Shown piece by piece: positions 32,001-44,100 of a stretch of 64,000 bases of DNA. Both the position numbers and the translations under genes were made by a program. The first letter of the stretch is position 1. Each line of letters begins with the position of its first letter. Origin of the DNA: Macrostomum hystrix (taxonomy: Eukaryota > Animalia > Platyhelminthes); NCBI GenBank assembly GCA_950097015.1, contig CATNEN010000003.1, positions 1,798,001-1,862,000 of the forward strand, given 5' to 3'. The notes beneath the pieces were generated by a model. The model searched no databases. It was not told where the DNA came from and saw only the letters and a list, made by a program, of their open reading frames with translations.

Positions 32001-33973
32001 TGTGCCCGGACCTCCTGGATTCACGCCGGATGCGCGATTTTCTCGCCGGAGATTCGAGTGGACGAGAACGACTGCGCGCTGGGAGTTCGGGCTGCCGTCC
32101 GGAGGGCTCGCGGCAATCGCTGCTCGGACTGCGGCAGAACCGGCGCCAGCATCGACTGCCTGAGCCTGGCTTGTCCTCGGGTCTGTCATCTCGGCTGCGC
32201 TGTGGCTTCCGGCTGGCAGTTCAGCGACCTGTGCGAGTCCCGCTGTCCTGACTGCGCTGCCGAGGAATTCGCTGGCAACAGCCTGGCAACCGAAGACTTT
32301 GGCCGCCTCCTTTGCCAACGGCTGGTGGTGGGTGCTGCCGACCAGAGCCTCTGCGAGGTGGCCCTACAGCCAGAGGAGATCTCCGTCAGGATCGGCGGGC
32401 TGCTGATTGGCCGTCTGGGATCTGTGAAGCCGGAGTCCGGGTCCCTTGAGAACGTGCTGCTTCCGGTTGGCTACCGTGCCAGGAGGCAGTTCTGGAGTGT
32501 CCGAGAGGCTGGCAAACTGTGCGAATACGAATGGCGACTGCAGGCCGAGGCTGGGCGAGTCCGTTTTGTGCTCAGCTCGCGTGAGGACTCACTTCGACTC
32601 TGCGCATCCCATCCCGTCACTGTGATGCGCCGCCTCTGCCAGATGGTCACAGAGTGTTGGAAGGCTCAGGTTACTGGACGAAAACCTTTTCTTCTGGCCG
32701 GTAAGCAATTTCTTCTTGTCTTGGGACTTTCTAGTTCTGTTGAAGCTCCTGATTGTCTGGACCAAAGTCTTCCACGCCACGTCCTCAAAAACTTCCTAAG
32801 CACCTTATTGTCTACTGTAGGAGTCCCAAATTCTCCCTAATCCCATGCAGGCAAAATCATTTGGCGACAGTGATAGTCGCCTATCCTCTAAAAATCCTAA
32901 ATCCTGTACAGCCAATGAATTGAGCTTCATGTGAGACAATAATCCATTAATAATCCTAAATCCTATGCAGGCAATGGCTGGAGCTCTATGGGAGTCACTA
33001 ATCCCCAAATTATCCCAAATCCCATGCAGGCAATGGCTAGAGCTTTGTTGGAGTCACTAATCCCTAAATTATCCCAAATCCCATGCAGGCAATGGCTGGA
33101 GCTCCGTGAGAGTCACTAATCCCCAAATTATCCCAAATCCCATGCAGGCAATGGCTGGGGCTCCGTGTAAGTCGCTTATCCCAAAATTTTCCCAAATCCC
33201 ATGCAGGCAATGGCTGGAGGTCTATGGGCGTCGCACATCCCCGCATCGTCTGGTGCGCCGAGCAGCTGGGATTCTGTCCCGGCTACTCTCCCAAGTACCT
33301 GATCCACCGCTGGGCGCAGCTGCGGAAGCAGCAGACGGCGGAGAACCCGAGCGGCTGCGCTCGGTCGGAGGCCTTCCAGCCCTCGCGCAGCATCGCCGGC
33401 TCAGCTGGCAATTCGCAGCTGAAGCGGACCTTCAGCTTCCTGCTGAGCTCGGCCCGTCGGCCAGTCGTAGTCGATCAGCAGCAGCAGCAGACGGAGGAGT
33501 CCGTGGTGGCAAGCGGTCAGATGATGCGCAATCAGCTGCGGGCAGCTCGCAATGAGCATTGGCAGTGCAGAGTTCAGGTGCTACCCTCAGGTATTCATGG
33601 CCTGGGCCTATTCGCTGTGCGTCCATTTGCCAAGTCAGACTTTATCGTTGAGTACACTGGTGAGCTGATCAGAGCTAGTCTGTCCGAGGCCAAAGAGAAG
33701 TTTTACCAGAGCCACAACATTGACTGCTACCTGTTCAAGCTCAACTGGCAATGGGTGATTGACGCCAGCGTGAAGGGCGGCCCAGCTCGATTCGTAAATC
33801 ACAGCTGCTCACCGAACTGTGTGACTCGCGTGATGGACCAACGAATTCTCATTGTTGCTGGGCGAGACATTGCCGCTGGCGAGGAGCTGACGTACGACTA
33901 TCGATTCGACAAAGAAGAGGACAAGGTGGCCTGTCTTTGTGGCTCATTCAGCTGCAGGAAGTTCCTCAACTGA
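29019..33973 (+). CDS. Trithorax/MLL1-like (KMT2) histone H3K4 methyltransferase, copy B, intact; exons 29019-31364, 31713-32700, 33207-33973 (1366 aa from ATG 29019)
   Basis: AT-hook GRGRPRK, C4 finger, PHD fingers, degenerate bromodomain, extended PHD, FYRN/FYRC, Win motif GCARSE, SET (RFVNHSCSPNC, GEELTYDY), post-SET CLCGSFSC; splice phases are compatible. Confidence 0.92.
31365..31665. repeat. 48-bp minisatellite in intron 1 of copy B
   Basis: Same unit as 19355-20120, fewer copies. Confidence 0.85.
32820..33218. repeat. 59-bp tandem repeat containing reiterated splice acceptors (intron 2 of copy B)
   Basis: ATGCAG|GCAA at 32850, 32970, 33029, 33088, 33147, 33206. Confidence 0.85.
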
Positions 33974-34017
33974 TGACGTAATTGTGGGATCTGATGACTG
34001 TACTGGATTATGACAAT

Positions 34018-34508
34018 GGGATTTGATGAGTTTGGTATCTGATCACTGGGATTTGATGAGTTTGGTATCTGATCACTGGGATTTGATGAGTTTGGTATCT
34101 GATCACTGGGATTTGATGAGTTTGGTATCTGATCACTGGGATTTGATGAGTTTGGTATCTGATCACTGGGATTTGATGAGTTTGGTATCTGATCACTGGG
34201 ATTTGATGAGTTTGGTATCTGATCACTGGGATTTGATGAGTTTGGTATCTGATCACTGGGATTTGATGAGTTTGGTATCTGATCACTGGGATTTGATGAG
34301 TTTGGTATCTGATCACTGGGATTTGATGAGTTTGGTATCTGATCACTGGGATTTGATGAGTTTGGTATCTGATCACTGGGATTTGATGAGTTTGGTATCT
34401 GATCACTGGGATTTGATGAGTTTGGGATCTGATCACTGGGATTTGATGAGTTTGGTATCTGATCACTGGGATTTGATGAGTTTGGTATCTGATCACTGGG
34501 ATTTGATG
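34018..34508. repeat. 30-bp minisatellite (about 16 units) just after the KMT2 stop codon
   Basis: GGGATTTGATGAGTTTGGTATCTGATCACT repeated. Confidence 0.95.
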
Positions 34509-35899
34509 ACACTGAGATGTGTTGAGTCTTGGATTTTATAACTGTGGGATCTGAAGTCTGTGGGAGAATATAACTCTGGAATCTAAGGACTCTATGATAG
34601 GCGACTTAGAAAAAATACATAATTGCTATGTTTCGATGTATGATTTCAGTTAAAGATCTTTTGTAAAGCTTTAGCTACCTTTAGTACGTCTACTACTAGT
34701 TATGCATTTTTAATCTTGAATCTGGCTGCCCACGAGGCCTGAATTTAGTTAGTTTTTGTTCGTGTTTAAAGTTGTCAATAAAATTTTTCACGTTTGCAAA
34801 AGTTGCTCATTTTTGCTTTGATAAAACTAACGCTCGTAAATGTTTTATTATTTATGTAATTATCTTAGTAATTTTACTCATTTGCCTAAACTTATGTTGT
34901 GTTATGCTTGTGTTTAAGTTACATCAAGGATATTTGTATTTACAATGTTGTGAGTTTGGTATGCTAAAGTGTACTTTAATTATGTAAATACCAATTTCTG
35001 CTGCAAACCTGCTTCCTGTAGTTTATTCACTTCGAAGCTGTATTCTTATGTACCTATTGGCCAGGTAACTAGCCTTTGGCAGCTTGTATGTCAACTGAAA
35101 AAGAACTATTCACTTTGTGTTTTTTGTCTATTAATCTAATCTTACAATAATAAAAAGAATGTTTAATGCAGTTTTTTAATTCTAAAAGCTATATTTGCTT
35201 TCCTATAAAAATGAGATTATTGATTCCTTCGAATGGGTTATTTATGAAAATTACCTATTTTTAGCTAAAGTATATACTTTTCTCTAGATAATTTATGACT
35301 TTATCCTTAGCTTCGTTTACTGTCGCCATACTGAAATGATGTGACGAATATCTAGAGAATATCTAGATCAGCTAAAAAAGCATCAGGACAAGCTAGGTAC
35401 ATGCGATTGATAGAGATTACTGTGTCTGATGAAGGAAGTTGTGCTTGTTTTATAGTCGAGGGCCTCCATAGGGTCAGTGTTAAGTTAGGAAGCACGTGAT
35501 GGCATCACGTGGTTTCTAAAAATAGCAACTGACGTCAGTGGCGCGCAAACGTCACTCCTACGTAAGTTCTGACTCATAATTGAGGAATAAAGTTCAATAA
35601 ACATGTTTACTGCACTTTTAAAGACAAAGAAAGGGGCCAGAGACGAAACACGTGATGGCTGACACCACAGGCACACGCTAGAAGGGGGAGGGAACAAAGA
35701 GGTAGCAACGTGTGACAGAGAGGAACAGACTAGGCGGTGCCAGAGGCAGGCGGGCTAGGCAGTTTACTCAAGGCCTTCGCTCACAACGAAACATGTACCT
35801 ATAGCTACCGAGCAGGTCGGACGAATGGCAGCTGGTGAGGCACCAATGGGCCCCTAAGCAGGTAGGTTCACTACTATAATCGTTTATTACGACTGCCCT

Positions 35900-36172
35900 A
35901 GTTGGGCCAGATGTGCAGCCGACAGCACAGCTGCAGCTATGACGTGGCGCTTCAGAAAGCTGTGTACGGCTGTTCAGTCCATGGACTGGGGGACGCCACG
36001 CACACCCTTTACTACCCCAGCGGATTAAGGTACCATTTAAACTGCGTGAACTAAAGTTGATGCATAGTCCAAGTGTCTTGCTAAAGGGCACAAACTTGTT
36101 GGTCCAGGTGAAGTCGAGAATCGAACCCCCGACCTTCAAGTCGTGAGTCCGACGCTCTAACCACTAGGCTAA
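35900..36172 (-). mobile_element. tRNA-derived SINE family 1
   Basis: A box TAGCCTAGTGG and B box GGTTCGATTC on the minus strand; related copies near 39650, 43920-44100 and 60350-60620. Confidence 0.75.
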
Positions 36173-36697
36173 AACCCATGACGTTGATACACTAAACCGA
36201 GTTGTACCAGATGTAGAGCTTGGCTGTGTACCCCACCTGATGCTGATAACTATTTTGCAGCAATGTTAATTAAAGCACTTAACAAAATGGTCGTACTCTA
36301 GGACAACAAACTTTAACTTTATGACACAATTTCTAGACTACATGTGATTTTAGGGGTGAAGCGTAGAGCTACGAGTACGTGTTTCATGCGCAAATTTAGT
36401 TTTATTTAGTTTTTATAGATAGAAAGCGAAGTTATTTAGGTAAAACGGTTTATCTTTTTGTACAGCGGCTACTGATAACAATTGTAGGGTTAAAAAAAAG
36501 AAATTTTGCAGATGCAGACTTTAAATTGCACATTCTTGCTGTCGCTATCAAAGAGAAGAGAAGGCTTTTTAATTTTTTTAGCAAGAAACAGCACTCAGGT
36601 ATGTGAAATTTCGTACGTAATTATACTTTTTAAGCCTCATTCTGCTCTGAGTATTTTTTTGTCATTTCGTCATTGTACTCAACCGGAATAAGTTGCT

Positions 36698-37120
36698 ATG
36701 CCATATCCAACAGCTTTACGAGTAAAACGAGTTACCAGTGAGTTTTGGAATTCGTCGAGCGGTAAAAGCTTAAACATGCCTCGAATTGCTGGTCGAAATG
36801 ACAGTAATTCTCCAACAGCCGACGGTGCTTCTGTTCGACCAAGAGAACTTCCCATTGTACCGGCCACCGAAACACATTGCGCGTTTCACACGCACGGCTG
36901 TCAATTCGTATCAACTGATAGGCTGTGTATGAACCGACACTACGTTGAGCATAGTGAGTCCCACGCCCAGCTAACTGTACAACTGATCGACGGACTGAAG
37001 AATGACAATTGCCGTCTAGAAGAGCAAGTTAAAAACCTTACCAGCAGCCTGGATAGCCTCGAAAGGCGAGTTCAGCGGTTGGAATCCTTGCTTAATTCTG
37101 CTGAAAATGGTTATCATTAG
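36698..37120 (+). CDS. Small protein with TRAF-type Zn-finger-like motif and coiled coil
   Basis: CAFHTHGCQF..R..M..H......H..L followed by a heptad-rich helix. Confidence 0.4.
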   Translation: MPYPTALRVKRVTSEFWNSSSGKSLNMPRIAGRNDSNSPTADGASVRPRELPIVPATETHCAFHTHGCQFVSTDRLCMNRHYVEHSESHAQLTVQLIDGLKNDNCRLEEQVKNLTSSLDSLERRVQRLESLLNSAENGYH

Positions 37121-37318
37121 GCAGTCCCAAATGTGTTACAGTGCGAGTATTGATTAAATACAAGACAATCTGTGTAAGCAGCATGAAAAACATTATTTGG
37201 TCTGATCGACAGTGTGCACTCTACGTTAATTTTTTCTATGGAACGCTAGCAAATATTTTGCTGTCTTAAATATCTAGATTTTTCAGCCCGTGTTTTAGGA
37301 TTAAAGCTTTCCTGTAAA

Positions 37319-37470
37319 GCAGGTGACCCTTCGGTCACACAGGTGACCCTTCCGTCACACAGGTGACCCTTCCGTCACACAGGTGACCCTTCCGTCACAC
37401 AGGTGACCCTTCCGTCACACAGGTGGCCTTTCTGTCAAACAGGTGACCCTTCTGTCATGCAGGTGATCCA
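37319..37470. repeat. 20-bp tandem repeat ACAGGTGACCCTTCCGTCAC
   Basis: Directly visible. Confidence 0.9.
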
Positions 37471-38145
37471 TCTGTTAACAGTAGAAAGCTACCCGTCTTT
37501 TCCCCCTGGGGAAGACCACGGGGTATTTCAAATGCCCACTGCCTACTTCCCGATAGCTTCCATACTATACTATACTACTATACTTTAGTACTTTTCTTTT
37601 ATAATTATATAATGTTCGGTCATGATTTGATTTTCTCTAACCATTCATTTTTATACAAACGTGAAATGAATACCCGTTTCATTATTGTGCCAATTTTTTT
37701 TTATTTTCTTTATTTTGCGTGACATCGTGGTAGCAGCTCACAGGTGTAACAACTATAGCCGACTGTACTGTGTGCTCCTATCTATTTTTTGTTTTCTATT
37801 CAACCAATAGCGGCGATTATGAAATGAAATAAATTGTCATAAATTCTCTGTCCGGTCGGTTGGCAAGGCTCACGCTGATATCTCCTGCTCTAAAGTTTTA
37901 ACTTGGGAATATTTTATGAGCAAGTGCAATATCTGTACAAAAAACTAGATAGCATTGCAACTGAGGAGATGCTGCCGCCGCGAGATTGTACTTCATCAGC
38001 TGCTCCATCGCGTCGACAGGGAGCTGCAGTTCGTCAGCTGGGCCAGACGCGTGCAGCGACATCGGAGCAGGAGGACAGGGCAGTGATGAGACGGATGCAG
38101 GTGCCAGTAAATTCCAGGTGAATAAAATCTAGCTAGTGCTTGCCG

Positions 38146-38435
38146 AACAGGTGTAACTACTGTCAAACAGGTTTGTCTTCTGTCAAACAGGTTTGTCTTC
38201 TGTCAAACAGGTTTGTCTTCTGTCAAACAGGTTTGTCTTCTGTCAAGCAGGTTTGTCTTCTGTCAAACAGGTTTTTCTTCTGTCAAACAGGTTTGTCTTC
38301 TGTCAAACAGGTTTGTCTTCTGTCAAACAGGTTTGTCTTCTGTCAAGCAGGTTTGTCTTCTGTCAAACAGGTTTGTCTTCTGTCAAACAGGTTTGTCTTC
38401 TGTCAAACAGGTTCGTCTTCTGTCAAACAGGTGGT
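38146..38435. repeat. 20-bp tandem repeat AAACAGGTTTGTCTTCTGTC
   Basis: Directly visible; related to the 37.3 kb array. Confidence 0.93.
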
Positions 38436-40718
38436 CCTTATGCCAAGAAGGTAGCTATTAAGTCAAAAAGGTGATTATTATGACAAAAGGTCACTTTGTT
38501 AAATAGGTGACCTTTCTGTGGAACAAGTGTCTTATGTCAAAACTGTCAAAAAATGTCTCCAGCCCAACAGATTATCCTCCTGTGTCAATTAGGTGCATTG
38601 TTCTACTGTCAACCAGGTGGTTATTTGTTGAATAGGTGCAGTTCTTCTGTCTCAAAGTTGTTTCTTCTGTCAAACAGGTAATTTTAGGTTTCCATAATGT
38701 GGTTTGCACTTGATATTTATGCACTTGAAATAAATAATGCATGTTTATTTCATTTTATAATGTAGCAGATCACAGGTCTATTTTACGCTCGTGTGATATT
38801 GAAGTTTATAAAGCTTTTTTGATTGGCACTCTGTTATATATCTGTTTGGACTAACTACTATATACGATAGTAATTAAAATAATAATGCTATAACGCAATT
38901 AGACTCAACGTGGATGCACCAGTGCTGATCAGCCAGCTGCAAGCCCTTCAACAGCGTCAGCGGCAGCAGCAACAGAAACGCATTTTCTCGTTACATCGTC
39001 CGCTGCCTTCGCTGCTGCTGCTTTTGCCACCTACTGCCAATCAGCAGCGGATGGCCGGAGCTACTCGCGCGGGAAGTTTCTGGCGACCGTCGCCGTCGAG
39101 GCGGTCTACAATAACTCAGCAGCAGCAACAGCAGTCGTTGGCTTCACCGCCTGCACCGCTACTCCTGCCTGTGCCGCAGGCGCCTCTGCCGCCGCCTCAG
39201 CTGCAGATGCCCGCTAGACGAATCCACGTGGCTTCTCCGTCCGCCAATAGGCGCACGGATTCCAGAAGCCAACGCCGATCTCAACAGCGCAACTTGGCTC
39301 TGGTCGATGGTTCGAACTCAACTGCAACCGCCGCCGCGGAGTCACCACTGGGGCCCTGGTCTGTTAAGAAACAGCCAGTTGTGGAAGCTGAAACTGTTTC
39401 CATTCTGCAACATCTGCTGCAGATGAATCATTGAGTAGGTTATAGACTTGGCTAATTGGACATTGGCCGCTGTCCATTCTAGTCCTTTCTGTAGACCGCA
39501 GTCAAGCAGCAGTACATTTTTTTCTAAGAAACGTTTCCTTGTTTTTCTTCTTCACGCATAGTTTTTTTTTCTGTCTTATTACTCGTAAATTAAAGAAATA
39601 TTTATAATAAACTTGTTATGCTTCGATTTTTTATAGCATGTCGTGGTTGTAGCCTTAGTAGTTAGTTAGTAAAGCGTCGGACTCACAATTCTTCTCTGAA
39701 ATTGCCTTGCTTCTGCTCCGGGTTGCTTCTGTTCTGTGCTGTGCTTATGGGCTGTATATTTGGCCCAATTCAGGAAGGTGTAATGTTACTGTTCAATAGC
39801 AAAGTATATTTTTTAAGTAGTAAGCTTTTTGTTGGAGGAAGAGCTAAATTTATTTCTTAGAACTTAAAGCATGACAAATAATAGGCTTTCTCATAGCAGT
39901 ATACAGAATTTATGACAATGGCAATAAGAAATAAAAGTCGATATACAGTATTCAGCGGAAAATTGATCAGATGAAAATACCTAAAAAGACAAAAGCTAAA
40001 GAATTGCATAAATATAGACGACACGACTGTAATTTATTGTTTGACAACGAAGAAGAGTGTTAAAATGATTTAGCGAAAAAGGAAAATTTATTTTTCGTTC
40101 AATTCTGTTAAAAAGATCGTATTCGACAAATAGATCGTAACACCAAACGTTAATATTTATGATTATGACACTGTTTTATTGCAATGAATATTAATAATTG
40201 TGAAGTAAAGAACCAAATAGAGTTTAGGATGGATTCATTGCCTTTGCAGTTTTTGCGACAAACTTAAATGAATAACTCTGCCTAAATGTACGCTCAGCAG
40301 CCACATATCGATAGCCCCCCCACCCCTACCCACCCCACAGGATTGGCGCCTCAAGGTCATTTGTGCCCCCACTCTCACCCCGCGTGACACAGTGACCACT
40401 GGCCCCATTCCGGCACAACTGAATTGGCCAGGCTGTTTAGAGCCCTTAGTCGAAGAAAGTGAACTTTACAATACTTATTTCTGAGACTCAAATTTTCGAA
40501 CTGTTCCCTGTGTACATGTACATCTTGTTTACATGGGATATATAGCCGCAATCAAAACTCCCTTACCCAAACCAAATCACATTCTATACACTCAAGGTCA
40601 TTTTGCGCCAATCCGCATGCCACCGATTTAGTCAAATCGCTTAGTCAAAGCTTCATTCTTGAAAAACATTCTTCAGTTCTTTATCTTGCCGGCTATATGG
40701 ATCGTGGCGGAACCAAGT

Positions 40719-41642
40719 TTATCTTGTAGACAACGGATAGCCGGGATTATAGTTGGACATGCGGTAGCCGGACTGGTTAAAACCGGTTGAGCCCCAAGTG
40801 CGAAAGTCAAACGGACCGGTCATGCGCTGCGGCTGGTTGGATGCCCCATGTTGACCGGGGGCACTGTAGCCAGCCTGCTGCGATGAAGCTCCGTAGCCTC
40901 CATGCTGAGAGGGAGCTCCGTAGCCAGGCTGCTGCGCTGGGGCGCCGTAGCCAGACTGGGGGGCTCCGTATCCGGACTGCTGAGGCGGAGCTCCGTAGCC
41001 CGGCTGTGAGGCGCCATAGCCAGGCTGCTGAGGTGTGGCGCCATAGCTAGGTTGTGCGGCACCGTAGCCAGGCTGCTGAGGTGTGGCGCCATAGCCAGGT
41101 TGTGCGGCGCCGTAGCCAGGCTGCTGAGGTGTGGCGCCGTAGCCAGGCTGCTGAGGTGTGGCGCCATAGCCAGGTTGTGCGGCGCCGTAGCCAGGCTGCT
41201 GATGTGGGGCGCCGTAGCCAGGCTGCTGATGTGGGGCGCCGTAGCCAGGCTGCTGAGGTGGGGTGCCATAGCCGGGCTGCTGAGGTGGGGCGCCGTAGCC
41301 GGGCTGCTGAGGTGGGGCGCCATAGCCAGGCTGCTGAGGTGGGGCACCATAGCCAGGCTGCTGAGGTGGGGCACCATAGCCGGGCTGCTGAGGTGGGGCA
41401 CCATAGCCAGGCTGCTGAGGTGGGGCGCCATAGCCAGGCTGCTGAGGTGGGGCGCCATAGCCAGGCTGCTGAGGTGGGGCGCCATAGCCAGGCTGCTGAG
41501 GTGGGGCGCCGTAGCCAGGCTGTGGAGTGCCATAGCCAGGCTGTGGGGCGCCATAGCCAGGCTGCTGTTGCAGGCCCTCGAGACCAATTGGCGGAGGCTG
41601 CTGCTGGCCAGGCCCACTATAGGCAGGATAGTTGGGGTACAT
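40719..41642 (-). CDS. Gly/Pro/Gln/Tyr-rich repeat protein (PPQQPGYGA)n
   Basis: Long ORF with third-position variation among repeat units; ATG at 41642 just after a TTTTTCCATAG acceptor; no globular domain seen. Confidence 0.65.
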   Translation of the reverse strand: MYPNYPAYSGPGQQQPPPIGLEGLQQQPGYGAPQPGYGTPQPGYGAPPQQPGYGAPPQQPGYGAPPQQPGYGAPPQQPGYGAPPQQPGYGAPPQQPGYGAPPQQPGYGAPPQQPGYGAPPQQPGYGTPPQQPGYGAPHQQPGYGAPHQQPGYGAAQPGYGATPQQPGYGATPQQPGYGAAQPGYGATPQQPGYGAAQPSYGATPQQPGYGASQPGYGAPPQQSGYGAPQSGYGAPAQQPGYGAPSQHGGYGASSQQAGYSAPGQHGASNQPQRMTGPFDFRTWGSTGFNQSGYRMSNYNPGYPLSTR

Positions 41643-42298
41643 ATTCAACGATAGTCTATGGAAAAATCAACAACTCTGATCGTCTGGCTTGTCTTGAACG
41701 GTTCTGAATCTTCAGTGAAGGAGCTAAAACTGGATTGCCTGAAATTTGTTGGGGTGGGTGGTGTGTCAGCTTTGTGAAATACTTGCATTTCCTCCTCTAT
41801 CCTTTCTTCTCTAGCTTCAGGTCCCTCCGCCAGCGTACATGACTGTGCCTGGCCTTGCATTCCGACAAACCCTCGCCCGTTCAGAGGCGTCTATCTCGCG
41901 GTGTACACAGAATCGCGTCCACCTCTCTGAATGTGACGGCGGATCCGCAGAAAGAAGCAATTATGGCGATAAGGGATAGAAGTGCAGTTAAACGGGTAAG
42001 AGAGAGAAACTCATGGCAGTGTAGGGGAGAGAGAGGGGGAGAGAGGTGTGAAAAGTCGAGAATGAAGCATGCACATGTACAGTATATAAACTGTACTATT
42101 GACTGTACTGCGCTCTCGCCACTGCCTAGTGGAGCATGCATTATGGGTTTCGGAAATTTCATACACTGGTTTGTACAGAAAATACTGTGTGAATTTATCT
42201 GTCAGCACCTCGTGGGAGGACAGTTTATTGTTTGAGCCTGAGTTGGTCTGATCTATCTGCTGGAAGTATTCTAATTATTGTCGTGAAAATAAATGATA

Positions 42299-43839
42299 CA
42301 AGGGCTGTCCGGCGAAAAATTGGACTAACGCTGTATTTAAAAAAAAGAAACAACTTGTGCTAACAAAAGCGCAGTTACTTTTCACCATAGTCTCCAGCTC
42401 TCTCAATACACCTCTGCCACCTCGTCAGTCACTTGTCAAAGGCCTCAGCAAAGGCTGAGGCGGGCAGGGGGTTCGTGACCCCCTCACAGGCAGTCTTCAC
42501 CTGTTGTTCAGCGTCAAACCTGCAGCCTGCGATGCTGGATTTGACTTTGAGGAACAGCCAAAAGTCCGCCGGAGCGAAATCAGGCGAGTAGGCCGGGTGT
42601 AGCACAACCCGGATGCCTGTGCTGAGCAGGTACTCCTTGGTCCTGGCCGATACATGCGGGCGTGCATTGTCCTGATGCAGGAACCAGCCTCTCTGGACCA
42701 AGATGGGTCGCTTTCGCCTGATGTGGTCCCTTAACGTGTCCAACACTCCACAATAGTAATAACTGTTCACTGTCTGCCCATGCGGAACATTGTGGGTGTA
42801 CACCAGGCCATGCGAGTCAAAGAAGACAATTGCCATTGTCTTCCGGGCACTGCGAGATACTCAAGCATTTGTTGGTGACCTGGCAGCCACTGCAACTGAA
42901 TTGACTGGGCCTTTGTCTCGGGCGTCACATAGTGTAGCCAGGTTTCATCGGCCGTAATAATGCGATCTAGAAACCGAGGCTCCCTCCGCATCATTCTGAA
43001 GAACTCGTGAGCGCAGTGGACGCAGTCAGCACGATTGTCATCAGTGAGCAGGTGTGGAACCCATCTTGCAGACACACGCTTCAGCTTCAGATCATTGATC
43101 AGAACCTCATCGATGTTGGTCTTTGATATTACCGTCTCCTCTGCAAGCTCTCTCACCGTGAGACGTCTGTCTTCCTCAATCAGCTTCGCTACAGTCGCGA
43201 TGTTGCTTGGAGTCCGTACAGTCGGCCCCCGGTTCTGGCCTCGACCATCTGAGCCATCATGACCGGAGCACAGTTGATCAAAGATGTGATAAACTTGACT
43301 TCGGGACAAAGCTTCATCCTGGTAAATGTAATTTAAGTTGTTCAATCACTCCAAAGCTGAATTTCCTGCTTTGAAGAAGTCCACAACAAACTGTCTCTGT
43401 TTCACAATTTTTAATGCCTCGAAAAATCGCGTAGGTGTAGCTTGAGGGTACTAAAGTTATAAGCGAGCTGTAGTGCGACGGTTGGAGCTAGAAATGATAG
43501 AATGGCCCGTATGCAGAAAGCCTAGCCGAGACTTGCTAGTCCAGACTGGGTAGTTTCGTCTATGATCTTAACCTAAAACCTAGTCATGACTAGGGAGAAA
43601 AATCTTGGCTAGTTGAGGCTTGGCTAGACCGAGCGCAAAATTCAAGGTCATATTTTTGGATAGTTTATGGGCAAGAGTTCGAAAATTTGAAATCGAGCAA
43701 AAGTTAACGCCGAGTTAAGGGCCGATCTATTTCAATAAGAAGCAGGCATGCTGTTTTTTAGTCTATGGCAATTTTAGCCCAAAATAATGCATAGTATTTA
43801 AAATACAGCGTTAGTCCTATTTTAGCCGGACAGCCCTCG
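42299..43839 (-). mobile_element. Mariner transposon with frameshifted transposase
   Basis: About 40-bp imperfect TIRs, TA TSD; WVPHLL, TADETW, HQDNARPH and YSPDFAPAD motifs split over two frames. Confidence 0.93.
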
Positions 43840-43919
43840 TATTTTATCAAGTTTTCTTCTGAATAAAGCATGCTTTTAGTTTCCTGATTAATTGATTAAT
43901 TCAATACAACTGCCTCAAA

Positions 43920-44100
43920 TTGGGCCATACGTGCAGCCGACAGCACAGCTGCAGCTGTTGCGCCACAGCTGGAGGGACGCACACCCACGATGTATTTAAC
44001 AGCTAGATAAATTGAACCAATGCATACTTTACTGTCTTGCTAAAAGACACAAGTTGTTTCAGTGGAATTGGAAATCGAACCCCCGACCGACGCTCTTACT
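43920..44100 (-). mobile_element. SINE family 1, degenerate copy
   Basis: Shares GTGCAGCCGACAGCACAGCTGCAGCT and ATCGAACCCCCGACC with 35900-36172. Confidence 0.6.

Noticed and set aside
34018-34508. 30-bp repeats as a CRISPR array or repeat-protein ORFs
   Set aside because: No unique spacers, eukaryotic context; the ORFs are by-products of a stop-free satellite
36110-36172. tRNA gene
   Set aside because: No complete cloverleaf; attached to a dispersed repeated body, so a SINE head
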